37,563 nt of DNA from Microcystaceae cyanobacterium. Its GTDB lineage: Bacteria > Cyanobacteriota > Cyanobacteriia > Cyanobacteriales > Microcystaceae. Position numbers and translations under genes: made by a program. Positions 30,783 through 37,563 of the stretch are shown in pieces. Numbering within the stretch: position 1 is the stretch's first letter; each line of letters opens with the position of its first letter. The stretch covers positions 1-37,563 of the forward strand of contig JBGTGT010000023.1 in the NCBI GenBank assembly GCA_041746575.1, given 5' to 3'. Below the pieces are notes generated by a model. The model ran no database searches. It worked only from the letters and a program-made list of their open reading frames with translations, and had not been told where the DNA came from.

Positions 30783-31545
30783 CCCGATGCTCCTCACAAT
30801 GCTCGGGAAAAACCCGATGGGGAGTACCGTGAGCAATCAAATCGACAGGACATTGATACGTTTGTTCAATCATGGTGGGGGTAATGTGTTTATCGTGATG
30901 ATAATGTAAACGACGATTAAGACAACCTACCGTTTTAACATAGGTCGAAACTGCGCTGAGATCATGAGAAATCATGACAATTGTCACAGATTCGTTTAAT
31001 TCTTTTAATAAATCGTAAATACTTTTTTGAATCTTACTATCGACATTCGCGGTGGGTTCATCGAGGAGTAAAATCTGGGGTTCAGTGGCTAAAGCGCGGG
31101 CAATATACACTCGTTGCCGTTCGCCGCCCGACAGTTGACTAAGGGGACGATGACGGAGGGCGAGCAAACCCACTTGCTCTAAGCAACTAAGCACAATGCG
31201 GTGATCGTGGGCATTATAGCGTTGGCAAAGGCGACGTTTACCCAACCGTCCCATTTTGACTACATCCTCTACACAAATGGGGAAAGCCCGATCAAATTCT
31301 AAGGCTTGGGGGACATAACCCAAAAATTTACGCCCTGACACCACAGGATAACCTAAAATCTTGACCTTTCCCTGATGAGGTTTCAGTAAGCCCAAGAGAA
31401 CCTTTAATAAAGTCGTTTTTCCGCCCCCATTCGGTCCAATAATGCCCACAAAATCAAGCGCATCAACGGTGAGAGTAATATCTTCAAGAACAGGGTGATT
31501 ATCGTATCCTGCCCACACGTGACTGAGATTAATGACTTCTGTCAT
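30775..31545 (-). CDS. znuC: Zn/Mn ABC transporter ATP-binding protein (ZnuC-like)
   Basis: GPNGGGKTT, LSGGERQR, LLLDEP and SHD, plus a His/Cys-rich C-terminus. Confidence 0.85.
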   Translation of the reverse strand: MTEVINLSHVWAGYDNHPVLEDITLTVDALDFVGIIGPNGGGKTTLLKVLLGLLKPHQGKVKILGYPVVSGRKFLGYVPQALEFDRAFPICVEDVVKMGRLGKRRLCQRYNAHDHRIVLSCLEQVGLLALRHRPLSQLSGGERQRVYIARALATEPQILLLDEPTANVDSKIQKSIYDLLKELNESVTIVMISHDLSAVSTYVKTVGCLNRRLHYHHDKHITPTMIEQTYQCPVDLIAHGTPHRVFPEHCEEHRDV

Positions 31546-31696
31546 AGGTAAACTCGTATTTCCTGTCTAATTAGCCTGAAAAGCTCTTCATCTTCCCTTT
31601 TAAAATAATTGTAATAGATTTTAGATTTTATAAAGATTTGTTAAAAATTATTCGTTATCATACAGTGAAAAGACATCCACTCTAATCTTATCTTCC

Positions 31697-31966
31697 ATGA
31701 TGCAAGGTTGTTTTCTCTTTCTTTTCTATTTTGTCTTAGCTTGTTACTTTGTTTATACCTTAAAGCAAACCAAGTTAAGAACATGGTGGGTCAAAGTTGA
31801 TACCGTCTCTCCCCGATGTCGCTACTATTTCGGCCCCTTTGACAGCCCTGAAGAAGCACAAGCACATCATCGTTTCTATTTGGAAGATTTGGCGGAAGAA
31901 GGTGCAACTGGAATTCAATGGGCGATTGAACAGGGTTATCCCCGTAAATTAACCATAGAATGGTAA
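31697..31966 (+). CDS. DUF1816 domain-containing protein
   Basis: WWVKVDTVSPRCRYYFGPF...YLEDLAEEGATGI...PRKLTI signature, after a hydrophobic N-terminus. Confidence 0.85.
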   Translation: MMQGCFLFLFYFVLACYFVYTLKQTKLRTWWVKVDTVSPRCRYYFGPFDSPEEAQAHHRFYLEDLAEEGATGIQWAIEQGYPRKLTIEW

Positions 31967-32287
31967 AGAAGCCTGAAAAATTCTAATGAGTTCCCCTGAA
32001 ATGCCAACTAGATACACTGAGGAGGCTAACTGAGTCTGTTGAATCTCTCATCATCCGTCCAGACCAACCGCTATAATTGAGCTTAGGGCAATCTCTTCCG
32101 TCTAAGGCGTTTTTTCTCCCTTGGGTTAACGGCTTTTGGGCGGTTTAGTTGAACTTTAACGGATCTCAACGGTGAGACTCCCTATACTAGAAATAAACTC
32201 AGCTTAAGGGATGGGTCGCTTTTTTGCCACTCAGTCTTTTTAGGATTCTGCCTACTGCCGCTTTTAGTCTCCGATTGTTTTCTCACC

Positions 32288-32322
32288 CTATTATCACACC
32301 CGCTATTATCACACCCGCTATT
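32288..32322 (+). repeat. 15-bp tandem duplication CTATTATCACACCCG (2.3 copies)
   Basis: Exact copies at 32288-32302 and 32303-32317, plus CTATT. Confidence 0.9.
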
Positions 32323-32344
32323 TTTTAAAGAGGAATTAGACTCG

Positions 32345-33970
32345 ATGCTCTACCTCGCCGAAGTGATCAAGCAAAGCCGACTATCTTTTATGGGAGGATT
32401 AAAAACCGAACTTAAACTTCTCGCCTGTCAACACAATGATCAAACTTGGAGCGCAATTCCGACCGAAGAAATCATCGCCACAGAGCAAGTCGAGCAATCT
32501 ATTGGAGATGGGGCGTTGATGGTTTTGCAACTGGGACTTAACAAACAAATTCAAGAAATCCCTCAATTGGCAGGAACAGAGCTGGTGCGCCAATTACAAC
32601 GACTTTCTCGTCTTTCAGAAAAATTGAAAGATCAACAGGACGAAATTGAACAGTGGAAGCAGTCTTTGACCTATCAAAGTCAAGAATTATCGCGTCGGGA
32701 GTTGGAAATCGAAGCAAGATTTGAGCAGTTGGAAGAAATGGAGCAAGAATTCCAGCAAATGGAGCGTCGTGGTCGCGATATTGAAGAAGCAGAAGAACGG
32801 CTAATCAGACAGCAACAACAATTAGATGAAATGCGGACTCGTTACGGATTATCCGTCGACTTGCCCCCCGAACAAATGCTTCGGCTCCAAACCATTATTA
32901 ACCGACTTGCTCATCAAGTAGATAACAATGACGTGCCGTGGCAATATAATCATTTAGCGATAGAAGTCCTTAACCATCAAAAAAACCTCCTCCTAGGCTT
33001 TTGGGAGCAACTCAGACAGGGACAAGCTCAACTGGAACAACGGAAGCAAATAGTAGAACAACAGGGTCAGAGTATTACGCTCCAAAAACAAGAATTAAAA
33101 GCGACTCAGCAATCCCTTGACGAACTGAAAGTACAAGTACAAGTTCAACAGACTATTCTCAATGATAAACAAGACTTACTCAGTCAAATTAATGTTAATC
33201 AGCAAACAACGGAAGATTTACGAGACACCCTCTCTCGTCTGGGAAATGGAGGATTGGATACAGATACAGACCCAAGAATTGACACCCACGCCTTGGAAAA
33301 AATGCCCTTGGGGGAGCTGGAAAAAGCGGTTAATCAACTCAAAGAAGATTTAGATAAAATTGTCCGTTTTGTTAATGACCAAGAAGAGGAATTAAGCTTT
33401 CAAATTCAAACCGTTAACGAATTACAACAAAAACTGGATGCTGCAAATGACTATGACCACTTAACCCTAGAACGGGAATTAGGGGAAGAACAAGAAGTCA
33501 AGCGCATGTTAGATGAAACCTTAGTAGGTCAACGGCGTAACTTAAAAGAACGTCAAAAGGTTTTTATGGGGCATTTACGGATTTTACGTCGCCGTCAAGG
33601 GGTAATTGACCTCGAAGAACCGAATCCTCATCAGATGAATTTAGAACCTTTACTGAATCAATTAGAAGCTTTGATGCAGGAAAAAGAAGAAGAACGGCTA
33701 AAAGTTGAAGGAGAAATTGAACGATTGCGCAGTAGTTTAAGTAAAATCAAAGATAGTTTTAATCAACAGCAAAGTGATTATCAAAAAAAACACCAAGAGT
33801 TGGAACAAGCAGAGCAAAGTTGGCAACAAAATCGCTCAGAAATTTTAGAATTAGAAACCCATTGTCGTCTTTATCAAGAAACCTTACAACCGATTCAAGA
33901 TGATGGAGACAAGTTAGGACAATTATTAGAAGGATTAGCACAATGGTTTATTCCTTCTGATGACAATTGA
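32345..33970 (+). CDS. hmpF: Pilus motility taxis protein HmpF (long coiled coil)
   Basis: MLYLAEV, ELKLLACQ..DQTWSA, EIEQWKQSLTYQSQEL, FVNDQEEEL and LDETLVGQRRNL. Confidence 0.9.
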   Translation: MLYLAEVIKQSRLSFMGGLKTELKLLACQHNDQTWSAIPTEEIIATEQVEQSIGDGALMVLQLGLNKQIQEIPQLAGTELVRQLQRLSRLSEKLKDQQDEIEQWKQSLTYQSQELSRRELEIEARFEQLEEMEQEFQQMERRGRDIEEAEERLIRQQQQLDEMRTRYGLSVDLPPEQMLRLQTIINRLAHQVDNNDVPWQYNHLAIEVLNHQKNLLLGFWEQLRQGQAQLEQRKQIVEQQGQSITLQKQELKATQQSLDELKVQVQVQQTILNDKQDLLSQINVNQQTTEDLRDTLSRLGNGGLDTDTDPRIDTHALEKMPLGELEKAVNQLKEDLDKIVRFVNDQEEELSFQIQTVNELQQKLDAANDYDHLTLERELGEEQEVKRMLDETLVGQRRNLKERQKVFMGHLRILRRRQGVIDLEEPNPHQMNLEPLLNQLEALMQEKEEERLKVEGEIERLRSSLSKIKDSFNQQQSDYQKKHQELEQAEQSWQQNRSEILELETHCRLYQETLQPIQDDGDKLGQLLEGLAQWFIPSDDN

Positions 33971-34026
33971 CCCATTATTAGGGTTTCGGTAACTCAATGT
34001 CTATTATAGTTAGGAGAGACTCCCTT

Positions 34027-35538
34027 ATGACGATACTTAATCGGACGATTGACCGCATCGGTGACTGGAATCCTCAACTTTTTCGGGAGTTAAAGGGGAG
34101 ATTAACCCTACAGAATGTCATCATTACACTCGTTGTCTCTGCGATGGGTCAATACTTTATTTATTCAGCCACAAAGTTATCCTTTTTTAAAATAATTGAT
34201 TATATTATTCCCCCCTTACTGATGGTTTTGGGAACTTACCTAATCAGTCAAGATTTAGCAAAAGAATATACGAACCGGACTTTAGAATTTATTCGCTTAA
34301 CTCCTCAATCCAGCCAAGCTATTTTAAGAGGTAAACTTTTAGGCGTTCCGATTTTAATTTATTTAGGGGTTTTGCTAATTATTCCTTTTCATTTTGTGGG
34401 TTCTTTTTGGCTCAGAAAATTAGATGGGTACGAGCATTTATCTGCCCTTTCGACATTAACTAGCTATCTTTTTTTAATAGCACAAATATGGCTTTGCTAT
34501 ACAGGTGGTATGCTTTATACGCTTCATCTATTATCTTTAAATCAGAAGCATAAAAATCAGATGTATTCTCCAGCCATGATCGCGGGCTCGGTGGCCTTGC
34601 TTAGCTATTTTTTGACTTTTATAAACGGTATAAATATTTTTCATCTATTTAATAAAACATCAATTTCTTGGTACAAATTACCCTTAGAACACTCTCTATC
34701 TCTAACTTTCCTATGGCTAAGCTTAATTTATATTATACTGGGTTATTTCTGTTGGATATCCACTAATCGCTACTTACAAAATCCTCAAACGACGCTCCTA
34801 AGTAAAACCCAAAGTTATCAATTGACTCTGTTTTTTAATCTTTTGATTTTGGGCTTTTCTGGATTGAGTCATATTTTTGTGGGATTCCTCTTATTTTTGT
34901 TTACTCCTTTGATCTCCCTTATTCTTTTAGCGAGTTTATGTCCTCGTCGACAATTCCTTTTAGATTGGGCGAGATACAGACATTTAAACCGCAAGGAAGG
35001 AGTTTGGCTAGATTTGATTTGGGGGGATAAAAGTCCCCCACTGGTGGCAATAGCGATTAACGTTTTTATTCCTTTTACTTTGTGGCTGACGTGGTTAATG
35101 TTATCGCCCGAAACCCGTTTTATGGATGGAGAATTAGCGGTGACCAAGAATCTAATAGGTGTTCTCTTTATCTGTTTTGTTGCTTTAAGTATTTTAAGTA
35201 CAACTCTCATCTATACTACCCTCGTGCAAATGATTACTTTAACCAAGGATAAGTTATTGACAATTGGTGCAACACTTACCCTCATAACTTTAATTGCTTT
35301 ACCCTTAATGTTGGGCTTGTTATGGGGTTTTCAACGGGTGTATCTTCCCTCTGTCTGGTTATTTACCCCTTTACCTATTTTGGCTTTTTATAAAGGATCA
35401 ATATTGACAACTCTGAGCGGATTTACTTTACAATTGGGTATCTTATTTTTATTACTCAAGCAACTGCAAAAACAGTTTAAAGTAGCGGGTGCCGCCGAGA
35501 CAGAAAATGTTATGCCTATTCTTAACCTAAATCAGTGA
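34027..35538 (+). CDS. ABC-2-type permease-like integral membrane protein (paralogue 1)
   Basis: DWNPQLFRELKGRL, DLAKE...TLEFIRLTPQS, GKLLGVP, DWARYRH; multiple TM helices. ATG 34027 follows AGGAG. Confidence 0.8.
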   Translation: MTILNRTIDRIGDWNPQLFRELKGRLTLQNVIITLVVSAMGQYFIYSATKLSFFKIIDYIIPPLLMVLGTYLISQDLAKEYTNRTLEFIRLTPQSSQAILRGKLLGVPILIYLGVLLIIPFHFVGSFWLRKLDGYEHLSALSTLTSYLFLIAQIWLCYTGGMLYTLHLLSLNQKHKNQMYSPAMIAGSVALLSYFLTFINGINIFHLFNKTSISWYKLPLEHSLSLTFLWLSLIYIILGYFCWISTNRYLQNPQTTLLSKTQSYQLTLFFNLLILGFSGLSHIFVGFLLFLFTPLISLILLASLCPRRQFLLDWARYRHLNRKEGVWLDLIWGDKSPPLVAIAINVFIPFTLWLTWLMLSPETRFMDGELAVTKNLIGVLFICFVALSILSTTLIYTTLVQMITLTKDKLLTIGATLTLITLIALPLMLGLLWGFQRVYLPSVWLFTPLPILAFYKGSILTTLSGFTLQLGILFLLLKQLQKQFKVAGAAETENVMPILNLNQ

Positions 35539-35551
35539 GGAATTATTAACC

Positions 35552-37231
35552 ATGAATCTCTCTCAATGGATTGACCAAATCGGTGACCATAATCCTCAAT
35601 TATTCCGAGAACTCAAAGGACGATTTACGCCGCGTTACCTGACGATTGCTACTGTTATTTCTCTGATGGGACAATCGCTGATTTTTTTAATCATAAAAAC
35701 GAGTCTTCCTCCCGATGACATCTATCAAGGATTTAGAAATCGCTATTGTTTAGGAAGTCTTCCCAATGAATCCAGCGATAACGTTTGTCTGCCGCAGTTA
35801 GGACATTTAATGATTAACTGGCAACTCTGGTGGCTAGACATTTTTATTACCCTAAGTATTATAGGTTTGATTTGTTTATTAACCGTTGGGGTTTATCTTC
35901 TTATTGCAGATTTAGCCCAAGAAGAAAGCCGGGGTACCCTAAATTTTATTCGCCTCAGTCCTCAATCTGCTCGCGGTATTTTTATCGGCAAATTATTGGG
36001 AGTTCCTAGCCTTATTTATTGGGGGGCTTTATTAGGGATTCCCTTTCATTTATTGGCGGGTTTTAACGCCCATATTCCCTTTAGTTTAATAATGGGATTT
36101 TATGGGGTTGTGATTGCCAGTTGTATCTTTTTCTTTAATGGGGCATTATTATGGGGCTTAATCAGTCCTAAATTAGGCACGTTACAGGCATTTATTATCA
36201 GTGGTGTTTGTCTTTTATTTTTGTCCGTGATGACAGGAATTACCCTTCATGCTCACTATAACGAAGGAACGCCCTTCGATTGGTTTACTTTATTTTATCC
36301 CGGCATTGTACTTCCCTATCTAGTTCAAGGGACGTTTATGTCACCCCAAACGGTTAATTACCTACCCGTTAAAAATCTTCACGACTTACAGTGGTATGGT
36401 CTAGGCATTTGGCAAAATACGGCTTTTGGTATTGCTTTCGTCATTGCTAATTTTGCGTTGTGGAGTTACAGCTTAACCCAAGGTATGAAGCGTCGTTTTC
36501 GCAATCCTTCGGGGACATTACTGAGTAAAAAGCAAAGTTATCTGCTGTCAGCTTGTTTTATCGTTTTATCTTTGGGGTTTGTCCTACAAACAACGGATAA
36601 TCATCGCCTTTATGAAAATATGCAAATGCTACAAGCCCAAATGGCGGTTTTCATGGTGATTCTGATTGCGGCGTTGAGTCCCCATCGTCACACGTTACAA
36701 GACTGGACGCGCTACCGTCATCAAAATTCTAAAACGCAAGAAAGTCTTTTAAAAGATTTACTATTGGCAGAAAAAAGTCCTTCTTTGCTAGCAATTGTCG
36801 TCAACTTCGGCATGATGCTGGTTTATCTCTTACCGGCAATTTTCCGCTTTCCTTTAGCCCCCTATCGAGAAGCAACAATTGGAGGTTTCATTTTAGGAGG
36901 GAGTGTGCTTCTTATTTATGCCTTAGTCAGTCAATGGGTATTGTTGCAAAAAACATCAAAACGGGCAATTTGGGCAACCGCATCTGTTGCAAGCTTAATG
37001 ATTTTTCCTCTCATCGCTTTTAGTTTTTTCTCTTTCACTCCTCATCGTATGCCGCAAGTTTGGTTATTGACCTTTTTGCCAATGGTTGCTGTGGAAAAAG
37101 TCGGTTCTTTGTCCCTATTCTTATCCTTATTCGGTCAATGGACAATCATTGTCTTAGGGGGTATCCTGATGAGGCAACAACTCAAAAAAATGGGGCAATC
37201 AGAAAGTCAAGGGCTACTCAAAAAAGGATGA
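35552..37231 (+). CDS. ABC-2-type permease-like integral membrane protein (paralogue 2)
   Basis: DHNPQLFRELKGRF, DLAQEESRGTLNFIRLSPQS, GKLLGVP, DWTRYRH; retains a Cys-containing extracytoplasmic loop. Confidence 0.82.
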   Translation: MNLSQWIDQIGDHNPQLFRELKGRFTPRYLTIATVISLMGQSLIFLIIKTSLPPDDIYQGFRNRYCLGSLPNESSDNVCLPQLGHLMINWQLWWLDIFITLSIIGLICLLTVGVYLLIADLAQEESRGTLNFIRLSPQSARGIFIGKLLGVPSLIYWGALLGIPFHLLAGFNAHIPFSLIMGFYGVVIASCIFFFNGALLWGLISPKLGTLQAFIISGVCLLFLSVMTGITLHAHYNEGTPFDWFTLFYPGIVLPYLVQGTFMSPQTVNYLPVKNLHDLQWYGLGIWQNTAFGIAFVIANFALWSYSLTQGMKRRFRNPSGTLLSKKQSYLLSACFIVLSLGFVLQTTDNHRLYENMQMLQAQMAVFMVILIAALSPHRHTLQDWTRYRHQNSKTQESLLKDLLLAEKSPSLLAIVVNFGMMLVYLLPAIFRFPLAPYREATIGGFILGGSVLLIYALVSQWVLLQKTSKRAIWATASVASLMIFPLIAFSFFSFTPHRMPQVWLLTFLPMVAVEKVGSLSLFLSLFGQWTIIVLGGILMRQQLKKMGQSESQGLLKKG

Positions 37232-37265
37232 TACGAATGAGTTACTAATGGGACTTAAACAAAAA

Positions 37266-37562
37266 TCAAGCCCAAATAAAACCTAAACTGGCTTGGTAAG
37301 CCGCAAACACCTCCTGATTGTAAGTCAGCCAATCAAAGAAACGGAAAGACATCGCTGTCCGAAAAGCCTCCAACGCCTCAGTAAATGTGTTCAAAGGTTT
37401 CGTTGCCCATCGTCTTTGTAGTCCCCCTGTTAGCTTATGCCAAAGGACGGACATCTCACGATTCTGAGGTTTCCTCAGAATCCGTGTCCTCATAAAAGTA
37501 TAGGCACAAAACACCCAGATAAAATGACGAAGAAGGCTTCGTTTATCCCTCACTTGATATTC
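37266..37562 (-). CDS. IS701-family transposase, C-terminal fragment (5' part outside window)
   Basis: EYQVRDKRSLLRHF.VFCAYTF...LWHKLTGGLQRRWA.KPLNTF.EALEAFRTAMSFRFF. The frame is open to the window edge. Confidence 0.88.
   Translation of the reverse strand, partial: EYQVRDKRSLLRHFIWVFCAYTFMRTRILRKPQNREMSVLWHKLTGGLQRRWATKPLNTFTEALEAFRTAMSFRFFDWLTYNQEVFAAYQASLGFIWA
37447..37491. repeat. 45-nt palindromic element inserted in frame in the IS701 transposase
   Basis: Perfect 10-bp stem GATTCTGAGG-TTT-CCTCAGAATC with outer GGACA/TGTCC arms. Removing it restores AYTFILWHKL. Confidence 0.75.
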
Positions 37563-37563
37563 T

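Larger units (their letters stand above)
37249..37563 (-). mobile_element. IS701-family insertion sequence (downstream end; remainder beyond window)
   Basis: Terminus TGGGACTTAAACAAAAA next to a YTAR-type target CTAA (37245-37248); transposase C-terminus lies inside. Confidence 0.85.

Noticed and set aside
31546..31696. Possible Zur box upstream of znuC (TGATAACGAATAATT; TGAAAAGCTCTTCA)
   Set aside because: Only half-site matches to TGATAATNATTATCA, in AT-rich DNA.
32288..32322. Repeat considered as a CRISPR remnant
   Set aside because: No spacers, unit too short, and no cas genes.
31967..32344. Long intergenic region considered for an ncRNA or riboswitch
   Set aside because: No recognisable structured-RNA motif by eye; an Infernal/Rfam scan would be needed.
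10813..37248. Remaining short (60-113 aa) ORFs nested in other genes, e.g. 10813, 11584, 11657, 18711, 19696, 23266, 24070, 26166, 27885, 28710, 30655, 32399, 33162, 33759, 34869 and 37060
   Set aside because: Alternate-frame or antisense overlaps of conserved CDSs, with no independent evidence.

Overview
Chromosomal segment from a unicellular, HIP1-containing cyanobacterium. I counted 13 GCGATCGC sites by eye, and the proteins resemble Synechocystis-type orthologues; the exact taxon is an inference. Insertion sequences bound both ends. At the left is a frameshift-split IS630 element, apparently nested in the terminal repeat of an IS701-like element that truncated a CBS(-CP12) gene. At the right is an IS701 element whose transposase carries a 45-nt in-frame palindromic insertion. 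The interior is mostly housekeeping and signalling genes, in this order: DUF4336 protein, YcjF/DUF697 GTPase, SpkB kinase, two glycosyltransferases, ssb, aroK, a Rieske oxygenase, a TIGR03279 radical SAM protein, an unusual PTP-like/HAD-like fusion with both nucleophiles substituted, an FHA-PAS-GGDEF-EAL protein, a GAF protein, a 2TM protein, an LpxB-like protein, sigC, minCDE, phoX with a Pho box, cystine lyase C-DES, a sufD-sufS pair without sufBC but with its own SufR operator, znuC/znuB-like genes, DUF1816, hmpF, and two tandem ABC-2-permease-like paralogues. No rRNA, tRNA or CRISPR array was recognised. The best novelty candidates are the double pseudophosphatase with its neighbouring c-di-GMP/GAF genes, and the 45-nt hairpin element in the IS701 transposase. 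Family assignments rest on motif recognition from memory, not on database searches.
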